Origin: Phycisphaeraceae bacterium
GTDB taxonomy: Bacteria; Planctomycetota; Phycisphaerae; Phycisphaerales; UBA1924
Reading direction: 5' to 3'
Assembly: GCA_026128865.1 (NCBI GenBank)
Contig: JAHCJE010000001.1
Location: 1,756 to 65,755, forward strand
Length of the DNA: 64,000 nucleotides
The position numbers and the translations under genes were made by a program. Positions 1 through 8,285 of the stretch are shown here, piece after piece. Within the stretch, counting starts at the first letter, position 1; each line of letters begins with the position of its first letter. The notes below the pieces were generated by a model. It saw nothing but the letters and a program-made list of their open reading frames with translations. It did not search any database and was not told the DNA's origin.

Positions 1-282
1 CATCGCAAGCCCGCGCACGCGCAGACGGTAGTCGAGCGCCAGCCCCTCGCGCATCGCGATGGGGGGCGGCGTGAGCACGCGGAACCGAAGCCACGGCGGC
101 GTGAGCGCATCGAGGTTGAACGGGTCTGCGAAGAACGCGAAGACGCGCTCGATGGGGAGAGGCGAGAGCGTCTCGGTGCGGAGCGTGTGCAGGGTGTGTG
201 GGTCGGGTCGGCGCTTTGCGCCGAGCACAGCCGGACGGTCGTGGCCGTGCGCGAGCGAGGCATTGGCGGTCGTGGCGAGCAT
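1..282 (-). CDS. SRPBCC (START-like) family protein, 3' end runs off the window
   Basis: Manual minus-strand translation ...TLRTETLSPLPIERVFAFFADPFNLDALTPPWLRFRVLTPPPIAMREGLALDYRLRVRGLAM matches the SRPBCC pattern; ATG at 282 with GGAG RBS. Confidence 0.8.
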   Translation of the reverse strand, partial: MLATTANASLAHGHDRPAVLGAKRRPDPHTLHTLRTETLSPLPIERVFAFFADPFNLDALTPPWLRFRVLTPPPIAMREGLALDYRLRVRGLAM

Positions 283-350
283 GGGTCGCTCCTGGCGTGA
301 AAGCCCGACGCAGCGTCTCCGCCGCGCCGGGCCGGGGTCGCTCGATCGGG

Positions 351-584
351 TCAGGCCATCGCGGGCCGGCGCGATCCGGCGGCGAGGCGCTGCGGCAGGG
401 TGCGGAGGTTCACGGCCTGGAAGACCGCAGAGAGGCCCACGAGGACGTAGACGACGCGTGCGAGCACGGCGGTGTTGCCTCCGAGGAGGAAGGCGACGAG
501 GTCGAACTGGAACGCGCCCCACAGGCCCCAGTTCAGGCCGCCGACGATGATCAGGACGAGACTGACGATGTCGAGTATCTTCAC
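351..584 (-). CDS. DUF378 family small membrane protein
   Basis: VKILDIVSLVLIIVGGLNWGLWGAFQFDLVAFLLG...ARVVYVLVGLSAV; GTG start with AAGGAG RBS; C-terminal part of ORF 351..1526. Confidence 0.88.
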   Translation of the reverse strand: MKILDIVSLVLIIVGGLNWGLWGAFQFDLVAFLLGGNTAVLARVVYVLVGLSAVFQAVNLRTLPQRLAAGSRRPAMA

Positions 585-631
585 GGTGCTGCTCCTTCCG
601 GGCGTCGGCCCGGCGTTGTTCGGTGTGCCGG

Positions 632-1597
632 TCACTGAGGCAGGATGACGGCGTCGATGACGTGGATCACGCCGTTCGAGGCGTCGATGTCGGTGCGAAC
701 GACGCGGACGCCGTCGGCGATGAGCGAGCCGTTGGCGAGATCGAAGACGACCTTGTTGCCCTGGAGCGTGGCGGCCGCGCCGAGCGCGAGGGCCTGAGCG
801 GCGTAGACGCGCCCCGGGATGACGTGGTACTTGAGGATGGAGGCGAGTTTGTCCTTGTTCTCCGGCTTGAGGAGCGATTCGACCGTGCCCGCCGGGAGTT
901 TCGCGAAGGCCTCGTCGGTCGGGGCGAGGACGGTGAAAGGCCCTTCGCCGGCGAGCGCATCGGCGAGTCCCGCAGCCTTGGCGGCGGCCAGCAGCGTGCC
1001 GAAGGTGCCCGCCTTCGACGCGATGGCGACGACCGTGCCGTCCGCGGGCAGGATCACGCGATCGATGACGTGGATGATCCCGTTGGAGGCCTCGATGTCC
1101 GCGGCGATGACGGCCGCGCCATCGACGCGAACGCCGTCCGTGCCGCGCGTGAACTCGATGCGCTGGCCGTTGAGCGTGGTCGCGCCGCTCAGCCGGGCGA
1201 CGCGCGACGCCGGGATCGCGCCGGGTACGACGTGGTAGGTGAGAATGCCCGCGAGCGCCGCGCGGTTCTCCGGGCGGAGGAGCGACTCCACCGTCCCAGC
1301 GGGGAGTTTCGCGAACGCCTCGTCCGTCGGGGCGAAGACGGTGATCGGACCGGTGGATCGGAGCGCATCGACGAGTCCCGCGGCCTCGGCGGCGGCGAGC
1401 AGCGTCGTGAACTTGCCCGCGCCGGCCGCGACGCTCACGATGTCGTCCGCGGCGACGGTGTACGACGCGAGCCGGGCCTGCGGCGGCTGCTCCTTCGTCG
1501 TTTCGCAGGCTTGCTGTGTTGAGCACTGGCCCCAGGCCTGTCCGGCCAGGGCGGCGAGAGCGACCAACCCACCGACGATCGACGTGCTGCGGTTCAT
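632..1597 (-). CDS. Secreted protein with two fasciclin (FAS1) domains
   Basis: Signal peptide; two repeats of FTxFAPTDEAFAKLP...ILxYHV...DIxASNGxIHVID; GGAGGT RBS. Confidence 0.95.
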   Translation of the reverse strand: MNRSTSIVGGLVALAALAGQAWGQCSTQQACETTKEQPPQARLASYTVAADDIVSVAAGAGKFTTLLAAAEAAGLVDALRSTGPITVFAPTDEAFAKLPAGTVESLLRPENRAALAGILTYHVVPGAIPASRVARLSGATTLNGQRIEFTRGTDGVRVDGAAVIAADIEASNGIIHVIDRVILPADGTVVAIASKAGTFGTLLAAAKAAGLADALAGEGPFTVLAPTDEAFAKLPAGTVESLLKPENKDKLASILKYHVIPGRVYAAQALALGAAATLQGNKVVFDLANGSLIADGVRVVRTDIDASNGVIHVIDAVILPQ

Positions 1598-1662
1598 TCG
1601 ACCACCTCCTGTTGTCCGGCCGGAGCGACCCGCACGGGCCGTTGCTGACCGGGATTGGGAGC

Positions 1663-1691
1663 AGTATAAACGGTCAAATCGTCCAAATCAA
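1663..1691 (-). promoter_or_regulatory. Sigma70-like promoter for the fasciclin/DUF378/SRPBCC unit
   Basis: Minus strand TTGATT (1691-1686)-N17-TATACT (1668-1663) in an AT-richer intergenic region. Confidence 0.6.
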
Positions 1692-1698
1692 GCAAATC
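1675..1698. promoter_or_regulatory. Three 9-bp-phased CAAATC direct repeats, putative operator
   Basis: CAAATC at 1675, 1684 and 1693 overlapping the -35 box; the embedded TGGACGAT also appears in opposite orientation at 1769-1776, upstream of the regulator. Confidence 0.5.
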
Positions 1699-1808
1699 GT
1701 TCGACATCGGGCCAGAATATCGGTACACTTCCCGTCGGTGGTTCAGAGAGGGACTGCCGGGACCGGTCTGGACGATCTGTAAACGCGTGTACATTAAGGA
1801 CTTGACCG

Positions 1809-2693
1809 ATGGAGGCGACGCAGACCCTGCTATCCCCAAACGACTTGGCCCGCGCGATCGGGGTGAGCGAATCGTCCCTGAAGCGGTGGGTGGATCGGGG
1901 CGAGATCAGGGCCGTTCGGACTTTGGGCGGTCATCGGCGCATCCCGCTGGAGGAAGCGGTTCGTTTCATCCGGCATTCGCGGCACCCGGTGGTGGACCCC
2001 GCGGTGCTGGGCATGGCGGAGGCCTCGGGGCATGCCGGCCGGGTGGAGGGGTCCGGCTGGCGTGCCCTCGCCGAGGCGCTGAGGGCGGATGATCACGCGC
2101 CGGCTCGGGGGATGCTGCTCGCGGCGTACCTCTTGGGCACACCCATCGCTCGCATCGCGGATGAGTTGATCCACCCGGCGATGGAGGAGTTGGGCGGGCT
2201 GTGGAAGCACGGCTCGGCGGGGATCATGGTCGAGCACCGCGCGACGGACACCTGCATCCAGACCGTGAGCCAGATTCGGTCCCTGATCCGAACGCCTGAG
2301 GGCGCGCCGGTGGCGGTGGGGGGAGGCGCACCGGGCGATCCTTATGTGCTCGGCTCGCTGACGGCCGCGGCGACGCTGGCCGAAGAGGGGTTCCGCGCGG
2401 TGAACCTCGGCCCGGACACGCCGCTGGACGTGCTGGCCGCGGCGGCGCGGGAGTACCGCGCGTCGCTCGTGTGGCTGAGCCTGTCGTCGCAGGGTCGCTC
2501 GCGCCCGAGCGGACGGGAACTGGCGGCGTTCGCGCACGCGGTGTCGGAGGGGGGGGCGAAGGTCGCGCTGGGCGGCCGCGCCATGCCCCCACTGCCCACC
2601 CCGGGCATGCCGGGCTTGTTCGTGGGCAAGTCGATGAGCGAACTGGCGGCGTTCGCGGCCGGTGTGCGCGCGGCGGCCGCGCTTGGCGCATGA
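1809..2693 (+). CDS. MerR/BldC-type HTH plus cobalamin-binding domain regulator (CarH/LitR-like)
   Basis: N-terminal LSPNDLARAIGVSESSLKRW...RTLGGHRR; W-x9-EH (WKHGSAGIMVEH); Rossmann B12 domain (NLGPDTP, LVWLS, LGG) with GDPYVLG in place of ExHxxG. Confidence 0.85.
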   Translation: MEATQTLLSPNDLARAIGVSESSLKRWVDRGEIRAVRTLGGHRRIPLEEAVRFIRHSRHPVVDPAVLGMAEASGHAGRVEGSGWRALAEALRADDHAPARGMLLAAYLLGTPIARIADELIHPAMEELGGLWKHGSAGIMVEHRATDTCIQTVSQIRSLIRTPEGAPVAVGGGAPGDPYVLGSLTAAATLAEEGFRAVNLGPDTPLDVLAAAAREYRASLVWLSLSSQGRSRPSGRELAAFAHAVSEGGAKVALGGRAMPPLPTPGMPGLFVGKSMSELAAFAAGVRAAAALGA

Positions 2694-2700
2694 CGCTCGC

Positions 2701-5700
2701 TCAGAGCATCTCGACCAGGTTCAGCCTGAGCCAGTCGTTCTCGGCGTGGCGGACGAAGGCGACGGGCGCGCCGTCGTCGGTCCGTGCTGCAAGAGTGCGG
2801 GCGTGCGGGCCGGAGCCGTGCGGGTCGGCGGCGTGGCCTCGGGCGGGGTCTTCGGCTCCCGCGCTCTGGACGATCTCGGCGCGCCAGGTCTGGTTGGCGA
2901 CGCTCCAGGTGTAGACGACTGTGGCGCCGCTCTCGCCGACGCCCACGAAGTTCAGCGAGCCTTCGACGGTGTTGTGCCAGGAGTCGATGGCTGCGTCGAG
3001 CAAGAAGCGGGTCGCGCCGAGGCCGATGAAGTCGGTGCGCCAGTTGCCGTGCCCGAGTTCCGGCGCCCACCAGAGGGTGAACAGTTCGCCGTCGTCGTTG
3101 AGGCCGGTGATGTTGAAGGCGTTCCACGCGGTGATGAAGGCGGTCACGGCGCGGAAGGGCGGGACATTGCCGATCCACTCGCTGAGGTTGGTGATGACCC
3201 AGCCGTTCGTCTCGTGGCTGTTCCAGATGGCCCAGGCGTCGCCGTGCTCGTCGATGCCGATGATGTTGTGCCCGCCCCACGGGGTGGCATACGCGCCGAT
3301 GGCGCCGACGAGCATCGGGGTGGGCAGGCCCTTGGGGCGGAGTTGAGATTCATAGAGGTTGTCGAATCTGGTGAGCGACGACCCCGAGCCGACGGTCTCG
3401 GCGATTTCGCCGTAGATCACGACCTCGCCCGCCTCGGTTCGCGTGGCCACGATGACGAGGCCATCCGGGCGGATCAAGACCGCGTTGTCGGTGGTATAGA
3501 AAGAAACGGTCTGCGTGGCCCAATACCGGGCACCGTCGGGCCGATCGCGGTGGCTCGTCACGTGCGCGCCCTGGAGGAAGAAATGGGTCTCGCCGTCGAG
3601 AGGCCCGATCCACGCGACTCCGCCGCCGAATGGCTCTCGGGTCGGCAGGTTTCGGGCGGTCCACGCGCGCCACTCGTCGCCGGGGAGTTGTTCGAGGATC
3701 GTGATGCCGCCGACTTCGTTGACGAACGCGCTCCAGGTCGAACCCGGACCGGAGAGAACAACGGGCGACGCGAAGGTCGCGACTCGAAGGAGCCGCTCGT
3801 CGATGCCGGGCGAGTAGTGCCGGAGGCCGCCGGGCAGGTTCCAGCCGCCCCAGCCGACGACGAAGCCTCCGTCCGGCGTCAACCGATTGACGCTGCTGAT
3901 CCGGCCGGGCAGCATCTCGTGGTCCGGCCCGCCGAGGACGTGCTCCTCGAGCACGCCGTTGAACCCGAGCGCGGGGTCGAACAGCCGCAAGTCCCCCTCG
4001 CTCCATGAGGCCGGGTGCGGCTGGAAGAGCGGGCTTGTGAGTCTGGTTCTGATCCAGAGGACGCGGCCGTCGCCGTCGATGTCCACCGGGCGGATCGTGA
4101 CGGGGTGCTCGGCATCGACGGTGAAGAGCGGTGTGACGACGCCGTCGAGAGAGCGAACCGCGACCTCGCGCGTGTCGAAGAGGACGCCGACGATGCGGCC
4201 GTCGGCGGTGATGCCGCCGGGGTTCTGGAGGTCGGGGATGAGTTCGACGCCCGTGCCGGGCCGCCACAGGGCGGTGGTGTAGAAGGGTTCGCCGGTGCCG
4301 ATGTCGAGGCTGTCGTAACGTCGCCCGAGGATGCCCGCCTCGCTCGCGGCGACGAAGGTGCCGGTCCAGAGGTACTCGGCCGTGTCGCCGTGGATACGCC
4401 AGACGGAGTGCCCCGCGGGTGTGTGCGCTGTGGCCTCGTCGAGGCGGCCGACGATCACGCCGCCGTCCGGTGCGAGGCCGAGGGCGCGCATATCCGGCGT
4501 GAAGATCATGCCGTCGGGCGCTCCGTCGAAGTGTGCAACGGTCTCACCGACGTTGATCCAGTCGCTTCCGAGCGCGAGGAAGGCCGCTTCGGTTCGGTTG
4601 CCGTCCGGGAACACCGACGCGCTTGCGAGCACCGCGCCGTCATCGCCGACCTCGACAATCCGAAAGAACTCCACAGGCGTCTGCGATGGCGCGGGGTAGC
4701 GTGTCAGCCCGCCGGGCCCGAACAGGAAGAGCGCGTCGACGGACGGCCTGCGAAATGCGATCCACTCAAGGTTGCGCGAGAGGCCGTTGATCAGGATTTC
4801 GGGCGAGGGATCGACCCGCAGGATCGCCTCCACGGTTCCGCCCGTTTCGGCGGGCACGTCCGCTCCGGGGAACCGGGGCGTGCCATCGCCGACGAGCAGG
4901 TCGGAAAACTCATGCCCAGTGAGGCGGGCGAAAGCGACGCTCGCGCCGAAGTTCGGTCGGTCGGGGGCGCGGACGGCGTGCGCGAGTCCGATGTTCATCC
5001 GTGGGACGAGGAGTTCGTCTGCCAAGAGCGTGAAAACGCTGACCAGCCCTCCGTTCGCGCCCGGCGAGCCGATGGCGAGCAGAGGATGGCCTTCGAACAC
5101 GTTGCTTCGGTCCATGTGCGCGATCGCGTAGCCGAACAGGCCGTCGGACTCCTTGCCGGCGAGGGTGGTGAAGGGCACGCCTTCCCAGTCGAACACGGTC
5201 ACCGTACCGGCCGCGCGGACGAGTCGGACGCCGTTGACGACGACATCGTCGAGCGGCGCGCCGACGGCAAGATGGAACGCCTCCGGCCCGAAGACGCTGA
5301 AGGCGTGCAGGGCGAAGCCGAAGAGACCGCCCGGCGTGCTGCCGTACTTGGCATGGACCGGCGCGCCTTCGGGGGTGATGCGCAGGATGCGTCCGGCATC
5401 GGAACCCGCGTCGCCGTCGTACGCCGGCGCTCCGATCGCCAACTCAACGCCTTCGACACCTGGTCCCGCGGCGACGGCCCAGCCGAAGCGCTCGCCCGGC
5501 TGCTCGCCATCGAAGGTGCGGATGAGAGAGCCGTCGCTGCCGGAGAGAAGATACACGCGGCCCGCGCCGGTCGCTCCGTCGAACGGCGCGCCGACGAGCA
5601 GGTCGGGGAGGCCGTCGTCGTTGGTGTCGCTCGTGCCGACGACGCTGGCGCCGAATCCCGCGCCCGCGAGCGCGCCGAGACTCTCGCCGGCGACGGTGAG

Positions 5701-6162
5701 GATGACGAGGCTTGTCGAACCGGAGCGGACCTCGACCCGGCCCGGGCTGTCGCCGACGCCCGGTGCGCCGATGATGAGGTCGTCCGTTCCGTCGTCGTCG
5801 AGGTCGGCGATACGGGCGAGGGCGACCCCGAAGCCGCCGGATGTGCCGGTCGCGCTCCAGAGCGGAGTCGCACCGCCCGCGCCGGAGTAGACGGCCACAA
5901 AGCCGGGGATGGAGTGCGTGCCTGGGGCGGAGACGGCGTAGTCGTCGATGCCGTCGCCGTTCACGTCGCCGAGCACGGCGATCGCCCAGCCGAAGCCCGC
6001 GACCTCGACGCCGTCTGGCGCGCCGAAGGGCGCGGAGCGTGCGGCGAGGAACCGCTCCGCGATGTCCTCCTGCGTCCATGCCGCGAGGAGGACGCGGGGT
6101 TCGAGACGCTCGGAGGCGAACGCGGTGTGCAGAGCGCGAGCGTCGCGGCGAGTGCGTTGCAT
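2701..6162 (-). CDS. Large secreted FG-GAP (integrin-alpha) repeat protein with LEPR-XLL signal and C-terminal repeat domain
   Basis: ERLEPRVLLA; multiple FG...GDVNGDGIDD...GAP repeats; start placed at ATG 6162 (MQRTRR). Confidence 0.85.
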   Translation of the reverse strand: MQRTRRDARALHTAFASERLEPRVLLAAWTQEDIAERFLAARSAPFGAPDGVEVAGFGWAIAVLGDVNGDGIDDYAVSAPGTHSIPGFVAVYSGAGGATPLWSATGTSGGFGVALARIADLDDDGTDDLIIGAPGVGDSPGRVEVRSGSTSLVILTVAGESLGALAGAGFGASVVGTSDTNDDGLPDLLVGAPFDGATGAGRVYLLSGSDGSLIRTFDGEQPGERFGWAVAAGPGVEGVELAIGAPAYDGDAGSDAGRILRITPEGAPVHAKYGSTPGGLFGFALHAFSVFGPEAFHLAVGAPLDDVVVNGVRLVRAAGTVTVFDWEGVPFTTLAGKESDGLFGYAIAHMDRSNVFEGHPLLAIGSPGANGGLVSVFTLLADELLVPRMNIGLAHAVRAPDRPNFGASVAFARLTGHEFSDLLVGDGTPRFPGADVPAETGGTVEAILRVDPSPEILINGLSRNLEWIAFRRPSVDALFLFGPGGLTRYPAPSQTPVEFFRIVEVGDDGAVLASASVFPDGNRTEAAFLALGSDWINVGETVAHFDGAPDGMIFTPDMRALGLAPDGGVIVGRLDEATAHTPAGHSVWRIHGDTAEYLWTGTFVAASEAGILGRRYDSLDIGTGEPFYTTALWRPGTGVELIPDLQNPGGITADGRIVGVLFDTREVAVRSLDGVVTPLFTVDAEHPVTIRPVDIDGDGRVLWIRTRLTSPLFQPHPASWSEGDLRLFDPALGFNGVLEEHVLGGPDHEMLPGRISSVNRLTPDGGFVVGWGGWNLPGGLRHYSPGIDERLLRVATFASPVVLSGPGSTWSAFVNEVGGITILEQLPGDEWRAWTARNLPTREPFGGGVAWIGPLDGETHFFLQGAHVTSHRDRPDGARYWATQTVSFYTTDNAVLIRPDGLVIVATRTEAGEVVIYGEIAETVGSGSSLTRFDNLYESQLRPKGLPTPMLVGAIGAYATPWGGHNIIGIDEHGDAWAIWNSHETNGWVITNLSEWIGNVPPFRAVTAFITAWNAFNITGLNDDGELFTLWWAPELGHGNWRTDFIGLGATRFLLDAAIDSWHNTVEGSLNFVGVGESGATVVYTWSVANQTWRAEIVQSAGAEDPARGHAADPHGSGPHARTLAARTDDGAPVAFVRHAENDWLRLNLVEML

Positions 6163-6367
6163 GAGGAGCGACCTCCGCGCGGCGAGGCCCGTGGGAGCAC
6201 GCCGCGGTGGCTGTGCCCGCCGGCGTCGGCGGCGGGTGGCACTGGCGCCCACCCCGTCGGGGCTTGCGGGTCGGCCCGGGCGCGTCGTTGGGTACAGTGT
6301 GGCACGGCGGTGGGGGGTGTGTCAAGGGTGCATGCCGGAGTGTGGAGCCGTTCGGCGGGAGATTGCG

Positions 6368-6808
6368 GTGCCGGGACATGTGGTGCTGATCGTCGTGCTG
6401 GTGATCGTGGCGGTGGACCTGATCCTGGTGCCGCTGATCCTGCGGGCGTTTGTGGCGTCGTCGTGGGGGCCGATCTCGGCGCGCTACCCGGCGGTGGAGC
6501 CGTTGCCCGACGCCGTGCGCCGGAACTTCCAGAGTTTCAAGGTCGGCATGGCGAACTTCGGGTTCAGCGTGCACGTCGCGGCGGACTCGGCGCACCTGCA
6601 CCTCATGCCGACGCTGCTGATGCGCTGGTCGGGCATGAAGCCCGCGAGCGTGCCGTGGCGGGCGGTTCGGGCGGAGGGTCGTCCGGGCCGGATGTACGCG
6701 AAGGTGCGGATCGACGGGCAGTCGCAGGTGGTGACGGGGCCGGCGTGGGCGCTGTCGCTGGCGGGGGAGGGAGGCGCACCCGCGACGCACGGCGAGGACG
6801 GCACCTGA
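6368..6808 (+). CDS. Hypothetical membrane protein
   Basis: Hydrophobic N-terminus VVLIVVLVIVAVDLILVPLIL; GTG start after GGGAGA; 3' part of ORF 5948..6808. Confidence 0.65.
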   Translation: MPGHVVLIVVLVIVAVDLILVPLILRAFVASSWGPISARYPAVEPLPDAVRRNFQSFKVGMANFGFSVHVAADSAHLHLMPTLLMRWSGMKPASVPWRAVRAEGRPGRMYAKVRIDGQSQVVTGPAWALSLAGEGGAPATHGEDGT

Positions 6809-6833
6809 TCGGCGTGGGCGGTACGCTTCGCGC

Positions 6834-8204
6834 GTGGGATTGAGAATCCTCCACATCTCAACGCGTCTGATTCTTGGCGGCTCGCAGGAGAACACCGTGC
6901 TCTCGTGCGAGGGGCAGGCGCGGCTGGGTCACGAGGTGCACCTGGCCTTCGGGCCGATCTACGGGCCGGAGGGATCGCTCCTCGGGCGCGTCGAGGCGTT
7001 CAACGAGCGGTGCGCGCGCGGCGAGGAGCGGACGGCGTCGGGAGAGGCGTGCCGGCCGATCGGCGTGCACGTCGTGCCGAACCTCGTGCGGGAGGTGCGA
7101 CCGATCGCCGACGCGCGGTGCTACGGCGATTTGAAGCGGCTGATCGCTTCGCTGCGGCCGGACGTGGTGCACACGCACTCGTCCAAGGCGGGCATCCTGG
7201 GGAGAGCGGCGGCGTGGGCCGCGGGGCGGGTGAGAAATGGGCAAATGGCAAATAAGCAAGTGGCAAATGAGGAGTTAGCAAGTCCGGGAATGGGAAGGGG
7301 AGAGCGAGGAGAGCAAAGAGGAACGTGCGGTGTCATTTGCCACACCATTCACGGGCCGCCGTTCATGCCGGTGGAGGGGTCGCCGGTGCGCAGGGCGAAG
7401 GTGCGGATGGCGAACCTGATGTACGTGCTCGCCGAGCGGTACGCCGCGCGACGGTGCGACGTGATCATCTCTGTCGCCGACGCGATGACCGCGCTCTTCC
7501 TCTCGCACCGGATCGGCCGCCCGGAGCAGTACGTGACGGTGCGGTCGGGGATGGAGGTCGAGTCGTTCCTGCACGCGCGGCCCGGAGAGACGCGCGAGGA
7601 GGTCCGGCGCGAACTCGGCCTCGCGCCGGGCGACTTCGTGATCGGTACCGTCGCCCGCCTCGCGGAGCACAAGGGGCACGATGACATTCTCGACGCGCTG
7701 GGCGACGACCTGCGCGCGCACCCCGACTGGAAGTTGCTCTGGGTCGGCGACGGGTGGTGGCGGGATCGGCTGCTGGCGCGCGTCGAGGCGATGGGGCTGC
7801 GCGACCGCGTCGTCACGACCGGCCTGGTGCCGCAGGAGCGCGCGCCCGCGATGATGCGGGCGATGGACCTGCTGGTGCACCCGTCCTCCCGCGAGGGGCT
7901 GCCGCGGACGGTGCCGCAGGCGCTGCTGTGCGGCGTCGCGCCGGTGGCGTACGACGTGGACGGGACGCGGGAGGTCTGCCGCCCTGGCGAGACGGGGGTG
8001 CTCGTGCCGCTGCGCGATCTCGGTGCGCTGCGGTCCGGTGTCGTGCGGCTGCACGAGCATCCCGAGGAGCGGCGCGCGCTGGCGGAGCGCGGGCGAGAGT
8101 TCTGTCGCGTGGAGTTCAGCGCAGAACAGATGGTCGAGGAGCTGGAGCGGGTGTATGCACGGATGGGTGCGGCTGGGCGAGGGGGTCCGTCGGGAATGCC
8201 GTGA
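6834..8204 (+). CDS. Glycosyltransferase family 4 (GT-B)
   Basis: ILHISTRLILGGSQENT, PDVVHTHSSKAGILGR, VARLAEHKG, EGLPRTVPQAL motifs. Confidence 0.92.
   Translation: MGLRILHISTRLILGGSQENTVLSCEGQARLGHEVHLAFGPIYGPEGSLLGRVEAFNERCARGEERTASGEACRPIGVHVVPNLVREVRPIADARCYGDLKRLIASLRPDVVHTHSSKAGILGRAAAWAAGRVRNGQMANKQVANEELASPGMGRGERGEQRGTCGVICHTIHGPPFMPVEGSPVRRAKVRMANLMYVLAERYAARRCDVIISVADAMTALFLSHRIGRPEQYVTVRSGMEVESFLHARPGETREEVRRELGLAPGDFVIGTVARLAEHKGHDDILDALGDDLRAHPDWKLLWVGDGWWRDRLLARVEAMGLRDRVVTTGLVPQERAPAMMRAMDLLVHPSSREGLPRTVPQALLCGVAPVAYDVDGTREVCRPGETGVLVPLRDLGALRSGVVRLHEHPEERRALAERGREFCRVEFSAEQMVEELERVYARMGAAGRGGPSGMP
7234..7325 (+). repeat. In-frame AG-rich degenerate heptamer repeat tract inside the GT4 gene
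   Basis: GCAAATG GCAAATA A GCAAGTG GCAAATG followed by GGGAATGGGAAGGGG/AGAGCGAGGAGAGC; sharp local drop in GC. Confidence 0.65.
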
Positions 8205-8285
8205 CGGTCCGGGTTGGCGTGCTGCCGTTCGTAGTCACAGTGTGGTACATACGACTATCGAAACCGTCGCTCCCTACGATCCGCC

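Noticed and set aside
632-1597. Internal DNA duplication in the fasciclin gene
   Set aside because: Explained by ordinary tandem FAS1 domains
1769-1807. Canonical CarH 11-bp TnnACA operator (TGTACA at 1788-1793)
   Set aside because: Neighbouring half-sites do not fall in a consistent 11-bp register
4015-6843. Very long alternative-frame and antisense ORFs (e.g. 4015..6843, 17221..20409, 48716..51370, 51871..53997)
   Set aside because: Arg/Ala/Pro-rich shadow ORFs expected in high-GC DNA, overlapping genes with clear family motifs
8227-8264. Imperfect inverted repeat TTCG-TAGTC...GACTATCGAA upstream of the amidohydrolase
   Set aside because: Short and gapped, with no identifiable cognate regulator; could be chance
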